From Candidatus Latescibacterota bacterium (GTDB lineage Bacteria; Latescibacterota; UBA2968; UBA8231): a DNA stretch of 64,000 nucleotides. Below the pieces are notes generated by a model that did not search any database, was not told the origin of the DNA, and saw only the letters and a list, made by a program, of their open reading frames with translations. Within the stretch, counting starts at the first letter, position 1; each line of letters begins with the position of its first letter. Location of the stretch: positions 544,001 to 608,000 of the forward strand of contig OZ242214.1 of the NCBI GenBank assembly GCA_965206595.1, given 5' to 3'. Of the stretch, positions 52,442-61,582 are shown piece after piece. A program made the translations under genes and the position numbers.

Positions 52442-53040
52442 TGGACCGGAATGCACTCAAGCCGTTGCTGGCCGGCGGCTTACTGGCGCTGGGGTTGATC
52501 GCCGCCCTGGCGACCGGAGAACCGCCCGAGGACCGGGATCCGCAGTCCTCCCTGCTCCTGCGCGTGGTCGGGGAAGAAGGGTCCGCCCTGCTCTCCCGGG
52601 GCACGCCGGCCCCCGACTTCGAGCTGCCGGATACGGCCGGGGAGAACACCGTCAGCCTGGAAGATCTCAAGGGGGAATCTGCGGCCGCCGTGTTCGTCAG
52701 CTTCTCCTGCCCGTACAGCCGCCAGCTCATTCGCACCGTGCTGGACGAGGGCCTGCCCGACCTGGGCAAACGCATGCTGTTCATCCAGCGCGGGGGCGAC
52801 ACCGGCCGGGAGCCGACGCAGGAAGAGGCCGAGCTGCAGGCCGAACTGGCAACCCAGTTTCCGGTGTTGGTGGATGCCGACGGCAGCACCTTCGACGCCT
52901 ACCGGACCAGCGGCGTGCCCACGACCTACCTGCTCGACGCCGAGGGCAAGGTAGCCGGTTCCGGCGTCGGCGAGCCGGAGGGAGCCAAGCTGGTAGGGAC
53001 CCTGGCCGCCGACGTCCTCGGGCGGAAAGGGAGCCGATGA
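52438..53040 (+). CDS. TlpA/peroxiredoxin-like thioredoxin-fold protein (CPYS)
   Basis: TM anchor, GTPAPDFELP, SCPYS, FPVLVD, GVPTTYLLDAEG. Confidence 0.78.
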   Translation: MMDRNALKPLLAGGLLALGLIAALATGEPPEDRDPQSSLLLRVVGEEGSALLSRGTPAPDFELPDTAGENTVSLEDLKGESAAAVFVSFSCPYSRQLIRTVLDEGLPDLGKRMLFIQRGGDTGREPTQEEAELQAELATQFPVLVDADGSTFDAYRTSGVPTTYLLDAEGKVAGSGVGEPEGAKLVGTLAADVLGRKGSR

Positions 53041-53260
53041 ACCTGTTCACCGACCCGGTCTTTCTCGTGGAGACGGCCATGCTCGCCAGCCTGCTGGCGG
53101 TCGGCTTCTACACCAGCTGCACCGACCTGAAGGCGAGGCGGGTGCCCAACCGCTACACCCTGACCCTGCTCGGGATCGGGCTGGTCGGGCAGGCAGCGAT
53201 GGTGGGCCTGGACGTGACCACCTTCGACCGCGTCGCCGCCTTGCTCGGGATCGGCCTGGC
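53037..53260 (+). pseudogene. A24/CpaA-type prepilin peptidase N-terminus, truncated by an IS
   Basis: Hydrophobic segment followed by TDLKARRVPNRYTL, the first-Asp motif of A24 peptidases. Confidence 0.65.
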
Positions 53261-54985
53261 GCCTGCAGGCGAGCTGGGCCGAGACCTTTCGCGCGCACGC
53301 CTTGCCGCTGATCGACGAAGAACAGTTCGCGCCCTTGTATTGCGACGACAACGGTCGTCCCAACCAGCCGGTGGCGACGGTCTTGGGCGTGCTTCTGCTC
53401 AAGGAGATGTTCGCTCTGACCGACGCCGAGGCGCTGGAGCAGCTGGAGTTCAGCCTGTTGTGGCAGCACGCCCTGGAGCTGACCCCGGACGAGGCCCACT
53501 TGGCGCAAAAGACGCTGCACAACTTCCGCGCTCGCTTGCTGGCCCATGACCGCGGCCGGCAGGCGTTCGAGGCGACCACGGATGGCATTCTCCAAGCGTT
53601 GGGTACGAAAGTCACTCGACAGCGTCTGGACTCCACCCACGTGCTCAGCAACATCGCGGTGTTGTCGCGTCTGGGGCTGTTGTGTGAGACCCTCCGTCAC
53701 TTTCTGAAAACCCTGGCGGCGGAGCATCCGCGCCTGTACGGGCGGGTGTCGAAGCGCCTGCGCGAGCGCTACCTGAAGGAGGACGGCAGCGCCACGGCCT
53801 ACCAGGACGCGCCCTCCGGCACGGGCAAGAGGCGGCTGCCGGTGTGCGCCCGCGATTTGTATCGTCTCCATCAGCTGTGTGCGGGCACGGCGGCCGAGGG
53901 CTTGGAGTCCTGGGCGCTGCTGCAGCGCCTGCTGTGGGAGCAGTGCGACGTGGTCGAGGGGCGCTGAAGGCGCCGGAGCACGTCGGCAGCGACTCGCTGC
54001 AAAGCCCTCATGATGCCGAGGCCACCTACCACGGCCGCAAGGGCAAAGGGTATGAGGTGCAGATCGCCGAGACCTGCGTCGAGGCCGACGACGGCAAGAC
54101 CGACACCGTGAACAGGATCACCCACGTAGCGGTGACCGCTGCCTGCGCCAGTGACGAGCACGCGACGATGCCGGTGCTGGAGGCTCTCGAAGAGCGCGGG
54201 CAGCGACCCGACGAGCTGGTCGCCGACACCGCCTTCGGCTCCGGCGACCATGCCATCCACGCCGAACGCCTCGGCACCGAGTTGGTCAACCCGGTCAAAG
54301 GCCCCCAGGTCGACGTCGAGGAGCGGCCCGATACGGTGACCGAGGCCGACTTCCTCGTCGAGGCCCGTCTCCGGGATCCGGCCATCTGCCCGGCCGGACA
54401 CTTGGCTAGAGAGCAAACGTCGTATGAGAAGAAGAAGCACCACGTGGTGCTGACCTTCGAGCGCCGAAGCTGCCAGACCTGCGCCCTGTTTCCCCTCTGC
54501 CCGGTGCGGCCGAACCAGGACGGGGACGGCTACGCCGTAACCGTGGACCTGAGGGCGGCCAACCTCGAACGCCGCCGCCGCGCCATCGCCAGCGGCGCCT
54601 TCAAGGAGCGCTATCGCATTCGCGCCGGCATCGAGGCCACGGTCTCGGAGCTCAAACGAAGACACGGGCTGGGCGCCCTGCGCGTGCGCGGGCGTTGGCG
54701 CGTGGAGCTGGCCGTCTACCTGAAAGCCTTGGCCTGCAATATCAAGAGAATGGTGCGGGCGCTTACGCCCAAACCCGAAGCCATAGCTCCGGCGATGGGC
54801 TGAAAAAGGGAACGGAGGTCCTTTTCGGTGCCGGAAAAAGGCCTTATAAGCCCGATTCGAGGCCATCGGACGATAGAGCGCTGAAGCAGCTTACATTGCG
54901 GCGCATTCTCGATTCTTTTCATGTTGGTGAAACTAAAGTTTCAAGAAAAACCCCTGTCTGTGAAAACGGGGTTGTTACGAGGGAG
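53261..54985 (+). mobile_element. IS1182/IS5-like element; transposase 5'-truncated and frameshifted near 53960
   Basis: LYCDDNGRP, TLHNFR, RLDSTH, SPHDAEATY, KGYEVQIAETC, ADTAFG, YRIRAGIEATVSELKR; element ends are approximate. Confidence 0.8.
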
Positions 54986-55359
54986 TCATTATTGCTGATC
55001 AACCTCCGTGAACCCACACTGTAGTCGTGGTCGTTCTTGTACACGTCGTCAGTGGCGACGAAGGCCACGAATAGACGTACCGGGTCGTCGTGCCATGCCA
55101 GCCAGATCCGGAAATCCAGGGACGACGGATCGGGCGGCTCTTCCTCGCTTCTTTCCCGGAAATCCAGCGAGGTCATGGCCGGCTCGCCGAGCAGCTCGTA
55201 CCACTCGTCAATGCGGCCGTCCAGCTGGACCTCGACCAGCATCTCATCGCTGAGATAGGGAATCGGGTACAGGCGTTCCCCCACGTGAGCGCTGGCTGAA
55301 GCCGGCAGCCACAGGAGCAGGCCTAATGCGGCGTGCCATTGCTTCCTGATCCGGTTCAT
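54985..55359 (-). pseudogene. Secreted protein paralogous to 30919-31295, truncated by an IS
   Basis: HVGERLYPI...DGRIDEW...SLDFRIWLAWHDDP...DDVYKNDHDY. Confidence 0.7.
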
Positions 55360-55566
55360 CGATCTGTCTCCTTTCCCGGGGCCAATATCGCCCGAGGGTA
55401 CAAGCTATTCTCGGGCGGCCGCCCGGGGTGAGTGACTTCATCCATTCCGTCCACGCGGCGACATCTGTTCCCTCGAACGGGTATCCGGTACGGGGTCCCT
55501 CCGGCCGGGCCCGGCTGCCACCTGCAACCCACTGAAGCAGGGCGCCCACACACCCTCCCGGATGCC

Positions 55567-56656
55567 TTACGCCGACCGGATCCCGCGCACCTCGTCGGAC
55601 CAGTCCCGCCAGATGTCGCCGCCGGCGTCGTCGACCACGAGCGCGTCGGGAAGGGACTCGGCCGATTTCAAAAAACCGTAGATCGTCGCCTGGCGGATGA
55701 CGTCGGCGGACCGGTTCTGTCCGGGGATGTGCAGAATCTTGGTGTGCCACAGCACCGCGGTGCCGGCCGGCCCGCAGCAGTCGACCGGCTCGGTGTCGGC
55801 CTTGATCTCCCCGATGACGGGATCGGTGTAGCCTCCCGCCTTGCGCACCGGCAGGTGCTTGTCGGTGTGCTTCTCCCCATCCTGGAACGGCCTTCCACTG
55901 CTCGGGCCAGATCCTCGCGTGGCTTCCCGGCCACACGGTGAAGCCGCCGCAGGCCGGAGGCAGGTCGTCGATGTAGGCCGACACTTGCAGGCGAAAGCGG
56001 CTGTAGCAGGCGCCGTCGGAATGGGCGCCGCGGTAATCGGCGGTGTGCGCAGGGCTGCCCGGAAGGGTGCAGTACAGGCCACGGGTCCCCTGTCCGTTGA
56101 GCCACACCGGTCCGGTTGCCGGCAGGCGCAGCTCCTCTGTAGTGAAGGTCCCTTGCCGCGGCCAGCCCATGTCGCTCCCCGTGTGGCTGACCAGCCCGCC
56201 CACCGCGTCGTCGCACATGAAGCAGGGGCCGGTCGCCGTCCCCGACTCACCGAGCCCGGCCGGCCACACCACGGTGCCCTCACCGAGGAGCTGCGCGGCC
56301 ACCTGCCACAGCGCCCGCGGCACCAGGTCGAGGAGGGTGTCCCCGGTGCCGTTGCGGACCGTGAAACGGTGGTCCTTGCCGCTGAAGTACGGATCCCCCC
56401 CGGCTGCGGGCAGGTTGGCCGCCAGTCTTTCGTTCTCCTCCGCGGTGACCGGTCCCCACGTCGAAGGGTCGTTCCGTTTCATGCGCGGGAGCCCCTCGTC
56501 GATAGCCTCCCACATCTCGTCCCGGGCTCGGCGGCACAGCTCCGGGTCGAGGACCCCCGGGAGAACGAGGAATCCGTCCCGCTTGAAATCGGCTATCTGG
56601 CTTTCCGTCAGGCGCTCGACCTGCCTTACGCCGGAGGTATTCTTCGGCTCGACCAT
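55567..56656 (-). pseudogene. PhyH-like dioxygenase, frameshifted near 55890
   Basis: LTESQIADFKRDGFLVL, AHSD, GGFTVWPGSH; the C-terminal GTAVLWHTKILH is in a second frame. Confidence 0.75.
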
Positions 56657-56729
56657 TGCTGTCCGTCCTGATTATAAAAGGGGCTTCTCGGGGAAGCCGC
56701 CGGCCGCAACCCCTGGCGGCAGGCGGCTC

Positions 56730-57222
56730 TTATTCGGGATGCTCTCCCACTTCGATCTCGGCGATGTAGGTGTCGTTCTCCGACTCCTTGTAACGGTATT
56801 CGGGGAAATGCCGGGGACGCACCTCCCCCGAGACGTAGGCGACGTCGGAGTAGCAGGACAGATCAGCTTTCCCGGCTCCAGCGAGACGAGGCCGGGATAG
56901 GAGGCGTCGAAGGAAGGCGGCATCAGCACCAACAGCTCGGCGCGGTCGCGCGATAGCCGCTACAGTCCCGTGGTGCCGGAGCGGATGAAGGGGCTTTCGC
57001 GGTGGCTGAAGCTGTTCTGAAGGGCGAACGGCATGGTCCCCTCCGCCCCGGCTCCCCCGCGCTCGATCCGGCACAGCGCCCCGCCAGGTACACGTGGCCC
57101 CCGGGACTCGCAGATCACCGGGGCGTCGCAGCAGCCGGCGGGTTATGTCGAGCGCCTTCTCCCAGTCGGTGTACGGTGGCCTGGAGCGGCTGCTGCGCCG
57201 TCTCTCCGTTCTCGGCTGTCAT
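56730..57222 (-). pseudogene. Decayed gene fragment (possible beta-propeller/sialidase-like C-terminus)
   Basis: DASYPGLVSLEPGKL then SCYSDVAY...DTYIAEIEV across two frames; weak evidence. Confidence 0.35.
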
Positions 57223-57393
57223 TCGGAACTCCTCGCTGAAGCGTGGCAACCGGCAGTGAAAGTCGCCTTGCCGGCGTGGCCGGGCAATCGGCGGCAAGTT
57301 GCCCGTTGCAGCCCGGATCGGCTTTTCAACGGGATGTCAATGCGGGTCGCAAACTGAAATGGAAGCTGGACGCGTCCCAGAGGTGGCAAAAGC

Positions 57394-57431
57394 AAACAGG
57401 CACTCACCTTGTAGCCGGCAAGTGCCTGTTT
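57394..57431 (-). terminator. Hairpin terminator downstream of tRNA-Phe
   Basis: Perfect 11-bp inverted repeat AAACAGGCACT/AGTGCCTGTTT followed by a T-rich tail on the minus strand. Confidence 0.65.
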
Positions 57432-57449
57432 ATCTTTGGGGAAATTTGA

Positions 57450-57525
57450 TGGTGGCTCCTCGCGGAATCGAACCGCGGACACAGGGATTTTCAGTCCCCT
57501 GCTCTACCTACTGAGCTAAAGAGCC
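57450..57525 (-). tRNA. tRNA-Phe(GAA)
   Basis: GGCTCTTTAGCTCAGTAGGTAGAGCAGGGGACTGAAAATCCCTGTGTCCGCGGTTCGATTCCGCGAGGAGCCACCA forms a cloverleaf with GAA anticodon and encoded CCA. Confidence 0.97.
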
Positions 57526-57663
57526 ACCGAATAATCGCTATAAATAGCGAGAGCCGGCTGTCCGCCCTGCCGGCCATTCAGGCAACCCGCATCAACCTGC
57601 TCCGCTACGGGTTACCGAAGCGGCAAACTTTACGATTGCCCCCAACCCTGTCAAGGAGGACCG

Positions 57664-58233
57664 ATGGCCGTTACCATCATTCCATTCAACATGCCGGCGC
57701 CCATGGAAATTCCGTCCCACATCGTCGAAATGCTCTCCGGAATGGACCCCGACGAAGCGGTCTGCAAGGGCATGGAGCTGCTGCTGGGGATCGACGCCGC
57801 GGACGCGATCATGTACGAGCGGATCGCCGGCGACGGAACCCTGCACCTGCACGCGGTGCAGTCGGGGGACGGCCGTGCCGGAGAGCTGGAGCATACCCTG
57901 CGGCAGGAGAGCTTTTACGGCGCTCCGCTCGGCGCCGATGCCAGCTCGACCGCCGCGGCTGCCTTCGAAAAAAATACCCCGCTGCTGATCATGGGAGAAA
58001 GCAGCGGGGATGGCGAGGGACCGCTGCCGTCCAATCTCGGCAAGGTGATCCTCGGCGGAAACGACAGCGGCAACGTCGGCTTCGTCTACGTGCTCCCCCT
58101 GGCCGGCGCCGGCAACCGCCCGCTCGGCGCCCTGACGCTGATTCGCTCACAAAAAAACGGGCCGCTCAATCACGAGCAGCCCAATATTACCGAGGGAATG
58201 AGGCAGCTTCTCGGCAGGCTGCTCGATCAGTAG
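57664..58233 (+). CDS. Stand-alone GAF-domain-like protein
   Basis: GGAGG RBS; YVLPL...PLGALTL C-terminal GAF pattern. Confidence 0.6.
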   Translation: MAVTIIPFNMPAPMEIPSHIVEMLSGMDPDEAVCKGMELLLGIDAADAIMYERIAGDGTLHLHAVQSGDGRAGELEHTLRQESFYGAPLGADASSTAAAAFEKNTPLLIMGESSGDGEGPLPSNLGKVILGGNDSGNVGFVYVLPLAGAGNRPLGALTLIRSQKNGPLNHEQPNITEGMRQLLGRLLDQ

Positions 58234-58270
58234 CCGGCCGAGAAGCCGATTTGAGAAACCGGGTTTCGCC

Positions 58271-58540
58271 TCAGGCGTTTGCCGGCTGGACAACCCCGTT
58301 CTGCAGCATCCAGGCCTCGACCTCCTGGCCGCTGACGTCGGCGAGCATCTCGCCGTCGACCACGACGCATGGGGAAAGCGGCTGGCCGCTTTTCTGCACC
58401 ATCTCGGCGTAGTTGTTGGAGTCGTTGATGATGTCCTTGTCCTCGTACTGCAGGCCGTACTTGTCGAATACGTCCCGCACTCCGGCACTCCAGCCGCACA
58501 CCGGCTTCAGGTATGCGGTGATTTCAGGTTGGTCTGCCAT
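58271..58540 (-). CDS. Glutaredoxin-like protein (CGWS)
   Basis: YLKPVCGWS, KSGQPLSPCVVVDG. Confidence 0.8.
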   Translation of the reverse strand: MADQPEITAYLKPVCGWSAGVRDVFDKYGLQYEDKDIINDSNNYAEMVQKSGQPLSPCVVVDGEMLADVSGQEVEAWMLQNGVVQPANA

Positions 58541-58780
58541 CCGTCTGTCCTCCATTCGTGGGCGTCGTCGGCCTCGAAACAACTGCCCTTCGAGGCAAGA
58601 AAGTGTTGAAATATACCCACACCTATCTACCTGTCAACCCAAGGTGTTACGTCGAATTTTACCGGTTGACTCCAACGGGGCGATCACGGTATCTTGGGAA
58701 TGCTTTCCCCCATGTCCCTCCCCGCACATCGGCAGGATCGCTCCACCCCTACCCCTGTCCCTGCCACATTCTGAGAGCTG

Positions 58781-60049
58781 ATGGCTACCGAATCTCTGTA
58801 TATCGAAGGTGGAACCCCCCTGGCCGGGGAGGCCGTGGTCCAGGGTTCCAAGAACGCCGCCTTGCCGATGATCGCCGCGTCGATTCTCGCCGAAAGCGGA
58901 CAAACCGTACTGCACCGCGTCCCCCCCGTGAAGGACGTGCTGCTGGCCCTGGAGATCCTGCGCCGCCTCGGGGCCCGTGTCGACTACGACCCCTACGAGG
59001 GAGTCGCCGTTATCGACGCGACCACCCTTTCCACCACCGAGCTGCCCGGCGAGCTGTCGCACCGGCTGCGGGCATCGCTGCTTTTCGTGGGCCCTCTTCT
59101 CAGCCGCTTCGGGGAAGTCACCATCGAAGAGGTGGGCGGCTGCTCCATCGGCCCCAGGCCCACCGACTACCACTATCGCGGGTTCGCGCGCATGGGGGCC
59201 ACCATTTCAGGCACCGGCTCGGGCGGCTACGGCGTCAGGGCGGACGACCTTCGCGGCGCGAGGATGTACCTCGACCTTCCGAGCCACACAGGGGTCGAGA
59301 ACCTCGTGATGGCCGCCAGTCTTGCGAAGGGGGACTCGGTCATCGTCAACGCCGCATCCGATCCCGACATTTCCGACTTCGCCGCGCTGCTGACCAAAAT
59401 GGGGGCAAAGGTCGAGGGCGTCGGCTCGCGCACGGTGCAAATTACCGGTGTCGACAAGCTCCATGGCGCCGAACACACGGTCATGTACGACCGCCTCGAC
59501 GCCGGCATGCTGATGATGGCCGCAGCGATCACGGGAGGCGACGTCGCCCTGCGCGGGGTTGTCAGGCACCACATCGACATCTTCGAGGCCAAGCTGGTGC
59601 AGATGGGGGTCGAAGTGCGCGGCGAAGAGGATCTCGTTCGCGTGGCCGGACCGGACCGCCTGCAGCCGATCAACGTCGTGTCGACGTTCTATCCCGGATT
59701 CCCGACCGACCTGCAGCCGAGCATCACCGCCCTCGCCTGCGTCGCCGACGGCGACAGCTATATCCGCGAGACCGTGTTCGAGGATCGCTTCGGGCACGTG
59801 AAGAATTTGCGCGCCTTCGGCGCCAACTTGTCCCCCGAAAAGGACCGCCTCGTCATCGTCCACGGGCCGGCGAAGCTGCACGGGGCGCGGGTGCGGGCCG
59901 AAGACATCCGCGCCGGCGGCGCCTGCCTGCTGGCCGGACTCGCGGCCGAGGGGCGCACCTGCATCACGAACCTTTACCAACTCGACCGCGGCCACGCGGA
60001 TCTGGCGGGACGGCTGAGGGGGCTCGGCGCCGCCCTCGAACGTCTGTAG
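58781..60049 (+). CDS. murA: UDP-N-acetylglucosamine 1-carboxyvinyltransferase
   Basis: GSKNAALP, LRAS, GGCSIGPRP (catalytic Cys), YPGFPTDLQ, ETVFEDRF, DIRAG, LDRG. Confidence 0.93.
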   Translation: MATESLYIEGGTPLAGEAVVQGSKNAALPMIAASILAESGQTVLHRVPPVKDVLLALEILRRLGARVDYDPYEGVAVIDATTLSTTELPGELSHRLRASLLFVGPLLSRFGEVTIEEVGGCSIGPRPTDYHYRGFARMGATISGTGSGGYGVRADDLRGARMYLDLPSHTGVENLVMAASLAKGDSVIVNAASDPDISDFAALLTKMGAKVEGVGSRTVQITGVDKLHGAEHTVMYDRLDAGMLMMAAAITGGDVALRGVVRHHIDIFEAKLVQMGVEVRGEEDLVRVAGPDRLQPINVVSTFYPGFPTDLQPSITALACVADGDSYIRETVFEDRFGHVKNLRAFGANLSPEKDRLVIVHGPAKLHGARVRAEDIRAGGACLLAGLAAEGRTCITNLYQLDRGHADLAGRLRGLGAALERL

Positions 60050-60074
60050 CGGCGGCTCGACAGCACCTTCGAAG

Positions 60075-60110
60075 AAGCAGTCAGGGGCTTCCTTGACTGC
60101 TTTTTTGTTT
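60075..60110 (+). terminator. Rho-independent terminator after murA
   Basis: AAGCAGTCA...TGACTGCTT stem followed by TTTTGTTT. Confidence 0.65.
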
Positions 60111-60126
60111 CTGCTACGTTGCGGTC

Positions 60127-61236
60127 ATGACCGGACTGCACGAAGAGAAAGTCTACCTCCTGCGCACCGGGATCGAAGGGGATCCCGCCCCCTTCACCAC
60201 CTACCGCGATCTCGCCTTCGCCGCCCTCGAAGCCCTCGATCCGGCGATTCCACCTTCCGGCCTCATCACCATCAAGCCGAACGCGACGGTGCTCTACCCC
60301 GCCGCCGTCCGCGTAGTCACCCACCCGGGGTTCCTCGCCGGTATCGCCGATTACCTGCTCGACCGGGGGGTGGCAGCTGACCGCCTGCTGGTGGCGGACG
60401 GCCAGTCCGGGGAAAACCCCGATGAGGGGTTCACCTGGAAGGGCGCGGGGTACGCCGCCATGGCCGAGGAACGCGGGATCGGATTGAGGTGCCTCAACGA
60501 CGAGCCCACCCGGCCGGTTTCCGTAAAGGGCGGGGTAGTCTACGACAGCTACCCGATCTACTCGGATGTTACCGACTGCAGCTTCCTTCTCAACGTCCCT
60601 TTGGCCAAGTGCCACAACCTCGGCTGCACGACCCTGGCGATAAAGAACCTGATGGGGGTTATCGGCAGGCCGGAGCGGCACCTGTGCGCCACCCAGGTGA
60701 TCGACGAGCCGCTCGGAGAGGATCTGTGGCGCCTGACAGAAACCGGTCTCAGCCTCTTCGAGGATCGCTTCTACGACAAGCTCTGCGACCTCGTAGTCGC
60801 GGTGCGCAGTCTCGGGATGCCGCGGCTCTGCATCGTCGACGGCCTCATCGGGCGCGACGGCACCGCCTTCAACGAGGGGGAGAACCACCCGCTAGGCTGG
60901 ACCGTGGCCGGGATCAACGAGGTGCATGTCGACGCCGTGGCGACCTGGCTCATGGGTCTCGATCCCACGGTCACTCCCTACCTGCGGGCAGCGGCCGGAC
61001 GCGGCCTCGGAACCGCAGACGTCAAGGAGATCGAGGTCGTCGATCTCGCCAGCGGCGAAACCCTTGGAGAGGCGCAGCTGTCGGGCGCGCGCAGGCAGAT
61101 GGCGCTGATGCCGGTATGCCGCAGCGAAGCCGGCTACTACGACCGCTTCCGCGCCGACGGCTCGGTGGTCCCCTGGCAGATCGACCAGATCAACGCCCGG
61201 CGCCGCGCCGACGGAGAGAGCGAAATTGCCGCCTGA
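60127..61236 (+). CDS. DUF362 family protein
   Basis: IKPN, VTHP, NVPLAKCH, TLAIKNLMG, IVDG, VDAVA..LMG. Confidence 0.85.
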   Translation: MTGLHEEKVYLLRTGIEGDPAPFTTYRDLAFAALEALDPAIPPSGLITIKPNATVLYPAAVRVVTHPGFLAGIADYLLDRGVAADRLLVADGQSGENPDEGFTWKGAGYAAMAEERGIGLRCLNDEPTRPVSVKGGVVYDSYPIYSDVTDCSFLLNVPLAKCHNLGCTTLAIKNLMGVIGRPERHLCATQVIDEPLGEDLWRLTETGLSLFEDRFYDKLCDLVVAVRSLGMPRLCIVDGLIGRDGTAFNEGENHPLGWTVAGINEVHVDAVATWLMGLDPTVTPYLRAAAGRGLGTADVKEIEVVDLASGETLGEAQLSGARRQMALMPVCRSEAGYYDRFRADGSVVPWQIDQINARRRADGESEIAA

Positions 61237-61582
61237 TGACGGCAGCGGTCCGACTCTCCCACAGCTGCAGCGGCAGGTCGACGAGTGGATTCGCACCGTC
61301 GGGATACGCTACTACTCCGAGCTGACGAACACCGCCATACTTGCGGAGGAGGTCGGAGAGGTAAGCAGGCTGATGGCCCGCCTCTACGGGGACCAGAGTT
61401 TCAAGGCGGGGGAAGAGGCGGGGTTGTCCGAGCTGGGCGCGGAAATGGCGGACGTGCTGTTTGTGCTGATCTGCCTGGCCAACCAGACCGGTGTCGACCT
61501 TCAGGAGGCCTTTGACCGGGCAATGCAAAGGAAGACGAGCCGCGACCGCGACCGTCACGCCGGCAATCCCGGACTGCGATGA
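61226..61582 (+). CDS. MazG-like nucleotide pyrophosphohydrolase
   Basis: LAEEVGEV, EMADVLFVLICLANQTGVDL; start position uncertain. Confidence 0.88.
   Translation: MPPDDGSGPTLPQLQRQVDEWIRTVGIRYYSELTNTAILAEEVGEVSRLMARLYGDQSFKAGEEAGLSELGAEMADVLFVLICLANQTGVDLQEAFDRAMQRKTSRDRDRHAGNPGLR

Noticed and set aside
57225-57350. Possible structured RNA or riboswitch near the tRNA
   Set aside because: GC-rich pairing is possible, but I could not identify any family consensus by eye; an Rfam scan would be needed.
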